A stretch of DNA of 36,604 nt from a virus. Lineage: Duplodnaviria > Caudoviricetes. The notes below the pieces were generated by a model. It was not told where the DNA came from and did no database searches. It saw only the letters and a list, made by a program, of their open reading frames with translations. Within the stretch, counting starts at the first letter, position 1; the number at the start of each line of letters is the position of its first letter. A program made the translations under genes and the position numbers. Shown here one piece after another: positions 5,994-16,291 of this stretch. The DNA is taken from positions 1-36,604 of IMG/VR virus record IMGVR_UViG_3300044724_002210. The stretch is one strand, 5' to 3'.

Positions 5994-8900
5994 TTATGCT
6001 GTCCAATTATAATGAACTGAGGCCACTGCCGCACCTGCTGTAGGGCTAACAGCATTATCACTTGCATCAAAGAATGCTAACGTTACCGCCGCATTTTTTG
6101 TTAAAGTAATATCACCATCTAGTTCGATAATATATGTTCCTACAGTACCCGCATCTGCGTCTGCTTTAGCAACAAGTGTACTACCTGCACCAGCGTTTTC
6201 TTTAACAGTAAAGTAATTAACACTATTACCACTAAATGCTGTACTAACTTTAATTACTATTTTTTCTGCATAGTAAGTTCTAGTACTAACATTTGGTACA
6301 GTACCAATAGAAGCAGTATTACTACCACTTGATATCGCACTTCTTAGTAATAGTCCGTCACCACCATTGTTAGCAACATAGTCAACAACCGCGCCACCAG
6401 TAGGGATAAGAGTATCACTATCAGTAACTGTTGTTTGGAATGCTGTTGCTGTAACAGTACCGTCGCTTAAAGATCCAAACTCTACTGTGCCTGAGCCAGT
6501 AATATCTGTACCAATAATCGCCGCCGCTTCAAAGTCAGCCGCTGTAAGAGTTAAATCTCCAGCAGTTGATCCGTCTGCAGTTGTTGTTGCCGCTATAAAC
6601 CTATCAGTTGATTGATCCCATCCTAAGAAACCGTTGTCTCCATCGGAACCTCTTTCGTAAATGTGACCAATGTCGTTAGGGTTAGCACCAGTTAAACCAG
6701 ACTGTAAAACAATCAACGTATCTGTGATAGTTGTATTTGTTGAGTTTACACTAGTTTGTGTACCACTTACAGTTAAGTTACCGCCAACTGTTACATCACC
6801 TGATGTATTAATTGTTGTAACACCACTTAAAGCACCACTACTTAATGTAGCAGTACCGTCAGTAAAACTACCACCAGTTACAGCACCACTAAATGTACCT
6901 GCAACCATACCTGTTAAGGTAGTGTCTAGGTTTACAGTTAATGTGTTATTAGCACCTGCTGTAGTAATGTTAGTACCACCTGCAATGTCTAAAGTTTCGC
7001 TGTCTAAGTCTATACTTAATGCACCACCTGAATCTCCTTGGAAATCCAAATCAGCCGCTGTTGCTACTGAGTCAACGTATGCTTTAACAGATTGTTGTGT
7101 TGGGATAAGTGTAGCACTATCTGATGCCATGTTATCTTCATCCACAAAACCTGTAGCAGTAATACTACCATCACTTAATGAACCAAATTGTACTGTTCCA
7201 CTTGCTGTGATATCTGTAGCACCTGTAATTGCACCACTTGATGCACTTAAAGTACCGTCTGTTAATGTTGTTGCACTAACTGAAGTTAATCCACTTACTG
7301 AACTTGCTAGTCCAACAGTAATAGTATTGTTACTGACTGTTGTAGTAGTTTCGTTTGATGTACCTGCAAAGTTAAGTGTATCAGTTCCTACTCTTACAAC
7401 GTCATCTGTTCCACTATCAGCACCAACTGTTAAGTCTGAACTAATAGATGCTTCACCGGCCGCTGTTAAACGTCCTTGTGCATCAACTGTAAATGTTGGA
7501 ATTGCTGTAGCACTACCATATGATGCGGCTGTTACCGCCGTGTCATCTAGTGTTAATGTTACAGTATCAGTAGCCGCAACTGCTGATGTAATACCTGTTC
7601 CACCTGTAACTGTCATAGTGTCGCCACCATTAACAGTTTGAGTGTTAGACCCATCACTTAACGTAAATGATGTAGAAATTGCCGCTGTTGAAGCCGCTGT
7701 AATTCTACCTTGTGCATCTACAGTAATAACTGGAATTTCAGTTGTACTACCGTATGCCGCGGCTGTTACCGCCGTGTCATCAAGGTTTATTGTTACACCA
7801 TTTCCACTACCTACTGAGCTAAGTCCTGTTCCACCTGCAATAGTTAATGTTTCACTGTCTAAATCAATAGCAAGTGCTCCACCACTGTCGCCTTGGAAGT
7901 CTAAGTCTTGAGCAGTAATCTGTGTATCAACGTATGCTTTTACTGATTGCTGTGTAGGCACTTTAGTTGCACTATCAGATGCCATGTTGTCTTCATCTAC
8001 AAATGTAATACCTGAAATAGTACCATCACTAAATGATGTACCTTCTATAGCACCAAATTTAACTGCACCTGCACTACCAGTAATTACTGATGCGGTGTCT
8101 GTTGCATCTTGGATATATGTAAATACGCCTGTACCTTCGTCCATACCAAAGAAACCAGTTTTACTAGATCCATCGTTATGTAAGAATGTCACACCTCTGT
8201 CTAAGTTATCGTTAGTGTCTGAACCTACTTGGAAAAGTGGGTCTGCAACTGTAACAACTGTAGAGTCTGTGGTTGTTTGCGTACCTGTAACTGTTAAGTT
8301 ACCGTTAATTGTAACTGTAGCCGCTGTAATATCATCTGATAAGAAACTACCAGTAACAGTTAGGTTATTACCTATTGTTACGTCATTTGGTAATCCAATT
8401 TGGATTTGGTTATCACTAACCGTTGTTTCTATTTCGTTACCTGTTCCAACAAAGTTAAGTGTATCTGTTCCTATAGTTACCACATCATCAGAACCACTAT
8501 CGGCTCCAATTGTTAAAGCACTAGATACAGATGCAGTTGTAACTGCTGTAACTAGTCCTTTTGCATTAACTGTAACAACAGGAATGGCAGTTGTACTACC
8601 AAATGTTCCTACGTTACTATTAACTGTTGCTAAAGTTGATGTACCTGTTACATCTCCTGAACCGTCGAATGATGCTGATGTCCAAGTGACATCTCCCGTC
8701 ATACCAATAGTTCTTGCTGTTGCAAGTATGGTCGCATTTGCGGCCGTACCTGTTAAATCTCCTGTAAAGCCGGATGTTGCTTGAATTGTTGTTCCTATAA
8801 TAGTACTTGCACTATTGGCTCCAATTGCTGTTCCATCAATGGCACCGCCATCAATGTTTACAGAGTTAGAGGCCTGTACGGATAAGTTACCTAATCCCAA

Positions 8901-9260
8901 GTTGGTTCTTGCATCGCTGGCTGAACTTGCACCTGTGCCGCCGTTTGTTACTGGTAATTCACCAGTTACATCTGCAGTAAGATCCAATGCCGCCGCCGAC
9001 ATAGTTCCACTTGAAACTTTTATAACACCTGTACTACTAGAAAAATCTTGTCCTGTACCACCGTATGTCGTTCCGATTGCTGTGCCATTCCAGGCTCCAG
9101 AAGTAATAGTACCTATTCTTAAATCTTCAAGAGTAGATCCATCACTTTGCATTAAATCAAATCTGTTATTACTGGAATCGTATTTTAAACGTCCACCAGA
9201 TTTACCCATTTGCACATCGGCCGCTATACCTTTGATACCAAAGTTTTTAATATCAGCCAT
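5994..9260 (-). CDS. Large repeat-rich virion structural / tail-fibre-like protein (1088 aa)
   Basis: G/T/S/D/A-rich; duplicated FVDEDNMASDSAT.PTQQSVKAYVD...DLDFQGDSGG and TAVTA..YGS.T.IP..TVDAQGR.T modules; AGGAG RBS. Confidence 0.8.
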   Translation of the reverse strand: MADIKNFGIKGIAADVQMGKSGGRLKYDSSNNRFDLMQSDGSTLEDLRIGTITSGAWNGTAIGTTYGGTGQDFSSSTGVIKVSSGTMSAAALDLTADVTGELPVTNGGTGASSASDARTNLGLGNLSVQASNSVNIDGGAIDGTAIGANSASTIIGTTIQATSGFTGDLTGTAANATILATARTIGMTGDVTWTSASFDGSGDVTGTSTLATVNSNVGTFGSTTAIPVVTVNAKGLVTAVTTASVSSALTIGADSGSDDVVTIGTDTLNFVGTGNEIETTVSDNQIQIGLPNDVTIGNNLTVTGSFLSDDITAATVTINGNLTVTGTQTTTDSTVVTVADPLFQVGSDTNDNLDRGVTFLHNDGSSKTGFFGMDEGTGVFTYIQDATDTASVITGSAGAVKFGAIEGTSFSDGTISGITFVDEDNMASDSATKVPTQQSVKAYVDTQITAQDLDFQGDSGGALAIDLDSETLTIAGGTGLSSVGSGNGVTINLDDTAVTAAAYGSTTEIPVITVDAQGRITAASTAAISTSFTLSDGSNTQTVNGGDTMTVTGGTGITSAVAATDTVTLTLDDTAVTAASYGSATAIPTFTVDAQGRLTAAGEASISSDLTVGADSGTDDVVRVGTDTLNFAGTSNETTTTVSNNTITVGLASSVSGLTSVSATTLTDGTLSASSGAITGATDITASGTVQFGSLSDGSITATGFVDEDNMASDSATLIPTQQSVKAYVDSVATAADLDFQGDSGGALSIDLDSETLDIAGGTNITTAGANNTLTVNLDTTLTGMVAGTFSGAVTGGSFTDGTATLSSGALSGVTTINTSGDVTVGGNLTVSGTQTSVNSTNTTITDTLIVLQSGLTGANPNDIGHIYERGSDGDNGFLGWDQSTDRFIAATTTADGSTAGDLTLTAADFEAAAIIGTDITGSGTVEFGSLSDGTVTATAFQTTVTDSDTLIPTGGAVVDYVANNGGDGLLLRSAISSGSNTASIGTVPNVSTRTYYAEKIVIKVSTAFSGNSVNYFTVKENAGAGSTLVAKADADAGTVGTYIIELDGDITLTKNAAVTLAFFDASDNAVSPTAGAAVASVHYNWTA
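7000..8000 (-). repeat. Intragenic duplications (about 7000-7150 vs 7840-8000; about 7465-7550 vs 7700-7785)
   Basis: Near-identical peptide modules with diverged synonymous sites; boundaries approximate. Confidence 0.8.
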
Positions 9261-9328
9261 TTGTATCTCCTAATACTTATGTTCTAATTCGTTATCGATA
9301 ACGTTTTGCTTTCGCTGAACGTTACAAG

Positions 9329-9336
9329 TATTTATC
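9329..9336 (-). promoter_or_regulatory. T4-late-like promoter
   Basis: GATAAATA upstream of structural gene. Confidence 0.75.
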
Positions 9337-9352
9337 GTTTTTTGGACTTTTT

Positions 9353-11362
9353 TTAAACGTAGGTAAGTTTAACTGTTACGTTTCCAGCACTTGCGTTGTA
9401 ATGATTACAACGTGCTCTAATAGTTTGATCTTGTGTGTTTGAATTCGGATAAACATATTCTGGATTACAGATATATGATACCGCTTCAGTTAAATCATTG
9501 CTTGGGCTATCACAATAAACATCTGGGTCAGCAATAGTACCAACCTCGATATTTGGAGAACCACCTGAGTGTCCGCTAAATGGTGTATGTACTTCAACAC
9601 TGACACTTTGTATTTTTCTTCCTGGAGATATGTTACCCATATTAGTTGTTGTACTAGTACCAAAACCACCAACTGGCATTTCAAAGTTTACCGTTATTGT
9701 TTTAGCATCAACGTTGGCACTATCGGCATCTGATACTTGTACCCATGCACTACCTGTATAAAGGTATAGACCCCATTCACCGTCACCTTTATTAGTAACA
9801 TAAGCCTGGTCACCAGCCGCTGGTGCTAAGGCATCTCTGGCACTTGTTGTACCTACCACAGTGGTTCCACCTGTACGCACACCTTGTTCAATGTTCATTG
9901 CTAGAGGAACACTACCTGTGTGTGCCGAGAAGATTCCTGTTTGATCCTGGAATAAGGTACTATCTTCAAAAATTAAAATTTCCCCACCATCGTCTCTGGT
10001 AAGTCTTAGTTTATCTGCATTAGTGGCCGCCGTTGTTGCAGGTAGACCAGATATATTACTGGCTCCTACAAAATTATAACCCCCAGTATCAGCATTACCA
10101 TTGTATATATTAATAGCATTTCCATTTAGGTCTGATAAAGATAATTCTGTCGTTGTTGCTGTAACAGATAAGTTCGCAATACTCTCAGCATCGATATCTG
10201 TTTTCATATCTTGCGGTGTACTCACAGTTGCATATACACTACCGTTACTGGTAAAATTAATTAGAGTATTACCACTACCATTATCAATATATGCACTAAA
10301 AGGCGTATATCCACCAATAAGACCGTAAATTGAATTACCACTGTCTGCTGTTGCTACACTTTCTTGAGGTAGTGTGCTTGATACAATGAATGTATTACTG
10401 GTTTCTGTATTTAATTGATTAGAAATTTCTGCTATATTAGATGTACCACCAGTACCACTAAATGAAATTGAAACACCGTTTAATATAATAGTGTTGCCGT
10501 CACCAACTTCTGGATTACCCTGATCTCCTGTTAGTATTGTGGGTACTGCACTTCGTATATTTAAAAATGCAACTTTTCCACTACCAGTATCTGTATTGCT
10601 TAAACTACCTGAGCTGTCAACATATATGTAATCTCCTTGGGTACCAGGTATACCAGGGTCAAAGTCAATAATTCTGTTGTTGGGTAATATCATAAACTGA
10701 TTTGGCCCTGGGCCTGTTTCAGTAACTATACCTATCATTCTGTCTGCTGTGATGGCATTTGCCTTGCCATATCCAGCATCAGTAACACTTATTACATCAC
10801 CTTTTTCAAAACCGTGTGCAGTTTTTTCTAACACATAGTTTAACTGCGGATTTAAGTAATTAAATCTACTTAATACTTCTGTAAAGAAAGAACTGGATAC
10901 TGATGTTGGAAGTGGGTCCAACATTGGGATACCATTTTCATTAAGAGTAAAAATAACTGCGGCACCAGTACCAAATATACCGTTACCTGTTGTTGATTTA
11001 AATGTATTATATCTTAACCAATCTTCAACAACACATGTTACACTTGTTTTTGTCTTAGAACTAATTGAAATAATTTTTAAACATTGTCCTGTAGTCGCGC
11101 CACCTATCCAGTCTCCCACAATAACATCTAGTCCATTGTATCTGAAGTCGTCTCTGGTTAAGTGAGAACCGTGTTGCTGTTCGGTAACAGTAAATGTAAC
11201 TTCCCATCTGTAATATTTGGGACTTGTAGAACCACTATACCATAAATCTGCTGAACCATTAGCATGTGGCCAATAATCTGATCCTGCTATACTACTAGCA
11301 TTCACACTTAAAACTTTATTTGGGTAGTTTAATTTTACTTGTCTTGATTTATAAGATGCCAT
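9353..11362 (-). CDS. Putative virion structural protein (669 aa)
   Basis: Long G/S/T-rich ORF between fibre genes; contains TTSARDAL..AAGDQAYVTNKGDGEWGLYLYTGSAW fibre-type module. Confidence 0.7.
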   Translation of the reverse strand: MASYKSRQVKLNYPNKVLSVNASSIAGSDYWPHANGSADLWYSGSTSPKYYRWEVTFTVTEQQHGSHLTRDDFRYNGLDVIVGDWIGGATTGQCLKIISISSKTKTSVTCVVEDWLRYNTFKSTTGNGIFGTGAAVIFTLNENGIPMLDPLPTSVSSSFFTEVLSRFNYLNPQLNYVLEKTAHGFEKGDVISVTDAGYGKANAITADRMIGIVTETGPGPNQFMILPNNRIIDFDPGIPGTQGDYIYVDSSGSLSNTDTGSGKVAFLNIRSAVPTILTGDQGNPEVGDGNTIILNGVSISFSGTGGTSNIAEISNQLNTETSNTFIVSSTLPQESVATADSGNSIYGLIGGYTPFSAYIDNGSGNTLINFTSNGSVYATVSTPQDMKTDIDAESIANLSVTATTTELSLSDLNGNAINIYNGNADTGGYNFVGASNISGLPATTAATNADKLRLTRDDGGEILIFEDSTLFQDQTGIFSAHTGSVPLAMNIEQGVRTGGTTVVGTTSARDALAPAAGDQAYVTNKGDGEWGLYLYTGSAWVQVSDADSANVDAKTITVNFEMPVGGFGTSTTTNMGNISPGRKIQSVSVEVHTPFSGHSGGSPNIEVGTIADPDVYCDSPSNDLTEAVSYICNPEYVYPNSNTQDQTIRARCNHYNASAGNVTVKLTYV

Positions 11363-11370
11363 CTTTATAC

Positions 11371-14300
11371 CTAGTTATACATAACAAATTGTACCCAGGC
11401 ATGTGTAGTTGTACCAAAACCACCTCTACTTGCGCCGGTTTCTGCTTCACGTAATCTTAATTTAACAGTGAGTGTACTTGAACCATCAAACAATGTAGGA
11501 GAACCACTTGAACCACCTGCATCTATTTCCCTGTAACCCATTGAAGTTTCAAATGGCACAATACTGTATTTGTTGTTTGTATAATCGTATCCATAGAACA
11601 TAATTGAGCCGGGAGGTAAATTATATGTACCATTATCAAAAGTAATGCTGACTTCACCGCCAGTGGCACTATTGATTGTTACACCGGTTATACCAGATGT
11701 TAAGTCACTTGTGCCTGCTAGATTTCCATTACTTAAATAATTTAACTTAAATCTTTCTATTACTGATCCAGAGCCGCCACCACCGCCACCACCTGAAATG
11801 GTTGCTTCTGTAACACTGGTTAATCTACCTTGAGCATCAACTGTTATTCTTGCACTCTTGGTAGCACTACCATATGTGCCTGCTGTTACGGCCGTATCTG
11901 CTAAGTTTATTGTGGCATCACCTGTTGTGGCACCACCACTTAATCCTGTTCCTGCTACAACACTTGTGATGTCTCCGGCACCACCGCCACCTGATTGTGC
12001 CACCCAGGCATAATCCGAACCATCCCAACTTAATACATATCCTGAAGTTGGATTACTTTGGTTAAGATGTGTGTCTACTGCGGCATCATTATAATTACCT
12101 GATACTAATAAACTTGTTAAGTCAACATTACCTGATTGGCCTGTTAAACTAATTATATTGCCGCTTAATGATAAATCCTGACTATCAGTTTCAGATTTTA
12201 AATATGGTGCCAACGTTGCTGTTAAATCAACATTACCACTTTGTCCTGTTAAACTAATTACATTACCACTTAAACTTAAATCTTGTGCATCAGTATCAGT
12301 ATCTACGGCTCCTAAAATTGTTGTTAGGTCTACATTACTGTTACTGCCACTAATAGTAATAACATTACCTGCTAAGGATAGTGTTTGTGGATCTTGTCCT
12401 GGGTTTGCTTGTACCCATGCACTATTATGATATATGTATGTATGCCCGTCATCTGTAGCATACCACATCTGACCTTCACTAGCACCACTTGGTGCCGCAT
12501 TGGCTGTTGTTACTAATACATTACCTGCTGGGCCTTGTGGGCCTGTAGCACCTGTGGGACCTGTTGCTCCTACAACATTACCAGCATCTATGGTAGTACT
12601 GTTGCTTAATGTTAGTATTAAATTAGCACCTGTAATAGTTGCTGTGTCTATACCAACACCCACATTACCCTGTGGTCCTGCTACTGTGCTATCTGCACCT
12701 GTTGGTCCTACTGGTCCTCTTATGTTGCCTAAATTTTGTACTGACGTATTTGAATACGTTAAAATAAGGTCATTACTGGAGACAACTGCATTGGTAATTC
12801 CATTACCCGTTGCACCTGTGGCACCAGTATTTCCTGTTGGACCTTGTGGTCCTGTTGCGCCTACTCCTGATAAGTCTAGTGTTGTGCCATCATATGTTAG
12901 ATCACTACCACTTAATGCTATAGTTGGTCTTGTTTGTAAATCGCTATATGTACCTGTAAATGCTACGGTACTTAGTTCTGTATTGCTATTGCCTAATGCA
13001 TTGGCAACTTCAGCCAAACTGTCTAAGTTGACATTGGCTCCGCCTATTAATGTGTTAATTTCTGCATCAATATAGGCCTGCATGTTTGTATTTGCTGTTG
13101 TTATATCGCCTGTTGTTGGAATTTTAACCCAAGCACCACCATGTGCAAAGTACATGGCTCCGTCTGCATGTGAGTGTGCAATAGCACCATGATATGTTGT
13201 TGCGTTAGGGAAGTCTGATTGGTTAGCATAATAGAATCTTGTTTTACCTAAATCTACAGTACTGCTACTGCCACTAATTGTTAAAATGTTTGCACTAACA
13301 CTTAATGTTTGTTCTAATGCGGATAAGTCAACACTATTACCACCACTTACTGCTAATGCTGATGTTCCTGCGTTCCAACTTAATGTTTGGGCATCGTTAT
13401 CTACGTTGCTATAACCTTGAGCATCCAAGTATGTCTGTACTTCGGTATTACCATAAGAGCCGCTTTGAGCTACCCAGGCATAATCACTACCGTTCCAACT
13501 TAAAACTTGTCCTGAACTTGCACCGCTGGTATTTAAGTGTGCATCAACCCCAGAAGTATCAATACCCCCTGAACTGGTATCTGCTGGTGTAAATGTAAAC
13601 ACACCTGCATTATCATATGATAAACTACCATTACCACTTGGTGTTGCTGTGGTAACACTGAAGTCTGTTAAAGTAACATTACTACCACCGCCTGAACCTG
13701 TTTGATCTCCTGCTTCAAATTTACTTGTACTACTGTTCCAAATTAAAACTTGTCCGTTTGTAATTCCACTTGCATCTACATCTTTAAAGTCTGCAATGTC
13801 CATTGCCGCCGCGGCAGTCGTTGGATTTATTGCAAATGATATAGTATCGTTGTTTGCGTCTGTTGTGGCATTAATACCTATGCCACCTGCAAAAGTAAGG
13901 TCATCATCTTTTCTGTCTGCGCCTAAACTTGTTTGTCCTGAAACATGGATGTTTGCATACGCCAGTGTTGTAACATTACTAAGGTCTCCGCCTTCGCCAC
14001 TTGCTATGGCATTAACTGTATCTACTGAACTAATTCTACCATAAGTATCAACTGTGATCCTAGGTATAGCAGTTGCGTTACCATATATACCAGCAGTTAC
14101 GCCTGTTGCTACTAAATTAAGAACTGCGTTTGCTTTGTTGCCTGTGCCACCAGTAACTGTAATTTGCCCTGATGTTCCAGCAATACTGTTTATATAATCT
14201 GCTGTTAGGCTTGACGCCGCAGTAACAGTAATTTCTGTTGGAGTAACACCTGTAATTTGGCCTTTGCTGTTTACTGTAATAACTGGTGTATGAGTTGCAT

Positions 14301-14670
14301 TTCCATGTGTTGCCGCAACATTTGATGCATCTGCTACATCGGCAATGTAAACACCATCAGCATTAGACAGTAAGCCACCGTCTGTACCTGCTGTGACATT
14401 TAATGTGAGTCCGGATTTATTTAGACCATTACCAGCACTATATACATCTAGTGTTGCTGGTTTCCATTTACTATCTGCACCATATACTAGTGTTTGGCCA
14501 ACACTTGGTTCATAAGCACCTGTTGTTATTACATCAGTTAAAGTATCTGTTGTGATATCGTATTGTGAGATTTCTAAGTTGCCAGTTGGCCTTACTCGTA
14601 AAAATTTACCAGCCTGGAGTGTGGTAATATCAACGTCGCTTAATGTTATAAATGTATTTGCAAATGACAT
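11371..14670 (-). CDS. Tail-fibre-like protein with collagen-like repeats (1099 aa)
   Basis: Three GXY runs (GATGPQGPTGNTG...), 3x Q.LSL.GN.I...G...NVDLT, 2x VD.HLN.S...SG.VLSW.GSDYAWVAQSG. Confidence 0.8.
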   Translation of the reverse strand: MSFANTFITLSDVDITTLQAGKFLRVRPTGNLEISQYDITTDTLTDVITTGAYEPSVGQTLVYGADSKWKPATLDVYSAGNGLNKSGLTLNVTAGTDGGLLSNADGVYIADVADASNVAATHGNATHTPVITVNSKGQITGVTPTEITVTAASSLTADYINSIAGTSGQITVTGGTGNKANAVLNLVATGVTAGIYGNATAIPRITVDTYGRISSVDTVNAIASGEGGDLSNVTTLAYANIHVSGQTSLGADRKDDDLTFAGGIGINATTDANNDTISFAINPTTAAAAMDIADFKDVDASGITNGQVLIWNSSTSKFEAGDQTGSGGGSNVTLTDFSVTTATPSGNGSLSYDNAGVFTFTPADTSSGGIDTSGVDAHLNTSGASSGQVLSWNGSDYAWVAQSGSYGNTEVQTYLDAQGYSNVDNDAQTLSWNAGTSALAVSGGNSVDLSALEQTLSVSANILTISGSSSTVDLGKTRFYYANQSDFPNATTYHGAIAHSHADGAMYFAHGGAWVKIPTTGDITTANTNMQAYIDAEINTLIGGANVNLDSLAEVANALGNSNTELSTVAFTGTYSDLQTRPTIALSGSDLTYDGTTLDLSGVGATGPQGPTGNTGATGATGNGITNAVVSSNDLILTYSNTSVQNLGNIRGPVGPTGADSTVAGPQGNVGVGIDTATITGANLILTLSNSTTIDAGNVVGATGPTGATGPQGPAGNVLVTTANAAPSGASEGQMWYATDDGHTYIYHNSAWVQANPGQDPQTLSLAGNVITISGSNSNVDLTTILGAVDTDTDAQDLSLSGNVISLTGQSGNVDLTATLAPYLKSETDSQDLSLSGNIISLTGQSGNVDLTSLLVSGNYNDAAVDTHLNQSNPTSGYVLSWDGSDYAWVAQSGGGGAGDITSVVAGTGLSGGATTGDATINLADTAVTAGTYGSATKSARITVDAQGRLTSVTEATISGGGGGGGSGSVIERFKLNYLSNGNLAGTSDLTSGITGVTINSATGGEVSITFDNGTYNLPPGSIMFYGYDYTNNKYSIVPFETSMGYREIDAGGSSGSPTLFDGSSTLTVKLRLREAETGASRGGFGTTTHAWVQFVMYN

Positions 14671-14703
14671 TCAATTTTATCCTAATAGTGTATTATATTA
14701 CAC

Positions 14704-14711
14704 TATTTATC
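14704..14711 (-). promoter_or_regulatory. T4-late-like promoter
   Basis: GATAAATA in short intergenic gap. Confidence 0.75.
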
Positions 14712-14714
14712 ACT

Positions 14715-15128
14715 TTATGCTGATAAAATTACTTTGCTTATTGAACCGTATGAAGGATCATAGGTAGTGCCGTCTCCAACGTGAGCCCTATCCATCCTTA
14801 CACGTAGATATGTAAAGTTTCCTCTGAATGTATACGCTTCTGCGCCGTCGCCTGGATTGTTACTATTGAACTGAACGTAACTTAGTCCTGCTGAAAACTC
14901 AGATCCATTAGTTACTTCGGGCTCGATGCCGAACCAGTCAGTTTCGCCAGGGTCTGTAGACAAAGTTGCCTCTACATGGAACCTGCCTATAAATTGATTG
15001 TAAACTACTTGTATAGTATGCCAACCATCAGAAAACCCATAAAAGGAATCCCCCTTTACGTTTTCGCTTGTTTGGTTCATAGTAGTTCCTGTGGAACCTA
15101 ATATGTTTATGCTTCTTCTGTTAGGCAT
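14715..15128 (-). CDS. Hypothetical beta-rich protein, probably structural
   Basis: 137-aa ORF with late promoter and GAGGA RBS. Confidence 0.75.
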   Translation of the reverse strand: MPNRRSINILGSTGTTMNQTSENVKGDSFYGFSDGWHTIQVVYNQFIGRFHVEATLSTDPGETDWFGIEPEVTNGSEFSAGLSYVQFNSNNPGDGAEAYTFRGNFTYLRVRMDRAHVGDGTTYDPSYGSISKVILSA

Positions 15129-15152
15129 TAAAAATCCTCTAAGTAATAATAC

Positions 15153-15160
15153 TATTTATC
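15153..15160 (-). promoter_or_regulatory. T4-late-like promoter
   Basis: GATAAATA in short intergenic gap. Confidence 0.75.
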
Positions 15161-15162
15161 AC

Positions 15163-15630
15163 CTAGACGTTTTCTAATCTCTCCATTAGTCGTTCAGCTC
15201 GATTAGTGACCTGCCTGTACCACTTACTATCACGGCCTTCTATACCTGCTTGGCTCCAATCTTGTGACTCTAATGCTTTCTTAAAGTTTTTAAACCCACT
15301 CAATCTTGTTCTGCCCATATTAAACATCATATTAACTAATATTTGTTGAACTTCATCTGGCCAATCACCAAAGTCTTCATATAATACTTCACATTCTGAT
15401 ATTGCGGTATCTAGATCTTTTTCAAAACACTCTTTCACTCTATCTTCGTCTACAGGAGTTCCTAATGGTTTGCCATATTCAGGATCTGATTCTAAAACCA
15501 GATGTCCAACACCAAATGTTGGGAGTCCCAAATGATCATGATATACTTCATATACTACTCCTTCATCTATTTTAAGTTGTTCAAAAACTGCCTCACGGTC
15601 TAGTTTTGTGTCCTTTCCAAATAATCCCAT
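15163..15630 (-). CDS. T4-type lysozyme (GH24 endolysin)
   Basis: LKIDEG...YHDHLGLPTFGVGH (E-x8-D-x5-T triad), LVNMMFNMG, DSKWYRQVTNRAERL. Confidence 0.95.
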   Translation of the reverse strand: MGLFGKDTKLDREAVFEQLKIDEGVVYEVYHDHLGLPTFGVGHLVLESDPEYGKPLGTPVDEDRVKECFEKDLDTAISECEVLYEDFGDWPDEVQQILVNMMFNMGRTRLSGFKNFKKALESQDWSQAGIEGRDSKWYRQVTNRAERLMERLENV

Positions 15631-15631
15631 C

Positions 15632-16288
15632 TTATTGCTCCAATAATTTTACTTTTTGTACCTTATGAATTAAATCACCATAACTTAATTTTAAGAACGG
15701 ATACCCATTATCAAATTCTTCTTGTGTAAGCCACAAATAATTAGAGTACCAATTTGTTATATAACCTTCAAATAATCTGTATTCACCAAAACTTCCTGCT
15801 ATAAAATCTTTAAAGTCTTTGCTAAAAGTTTCGTCATCCATATTTACCTGTTTAGCATAACCATATGGCTTGTGAAATACAACTTTTATAGGATACATTC
15901 CATACCAGTATTTATTCCTATATACATACTCAGTATCTGAATCTAGAAGGCTTTCCAGATGGTCATTATCTATAGGAGAATGAATATTTTGTAAATAATC
16001 TGTATGTTGATACCTGTCTATGATACTGTCTAATGTATCTTTATCGTGAACATAAAGATTTATATTTTTTGACGTCACTTGAAGCCTATAAAAATAAGTA
16101 TCTACCTGAACTGTCTTAACTAAATCTGAGAATAATAATATATCATAATGAAATTTGTTTCCTTCAAAACAAATTTTATATTGGTATTCTCCATAATATA
16201 CTTTTTCACTAGGTATAATCTTATAGCCACGATAAGTTTTACCTAAAGGTTTACAACTGTTTTTTATTCTAGTAGTATAATACGACAT
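15632..16288 (-). CDS. Hypothetical protein (218 aa)
   Basis: Intact ORF tightly packed in operon. Confidence 0.8.
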   Translation of the reverse strand: MSYYTTRIKNSCKPLGKTYRGYKIIPSEKVYYGEYQYKICFEGNKFHYDILLFSDLVKTVQVDTYFYRLQVTSKNINLYVHDKDTLDSIIDRYQHTDYLQNIHSPIDNDHLESLLDSDTEYVYRNKYWYGMYPIKVVFHKPYGYAKQVNMDDETFSKDFKDFIAGSFGEYRLFEGYITNWYSNYLWLTQEEFDNGYPFLKLSYGDLIHKVQKVKLLEQ

Positions 16289-16291
16289 TGT

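Noticed and set aside
6670-9273. Long plus-strand ORFs (323, 89, 266, 152 aa) and similar ones at 12500-14044, 16389-19056, 23751-24092
   Set aside because: Antisense shadows of real minus-strand genes caused by codon bias; no RBS or promoter, V/P/S/L-rich composition.
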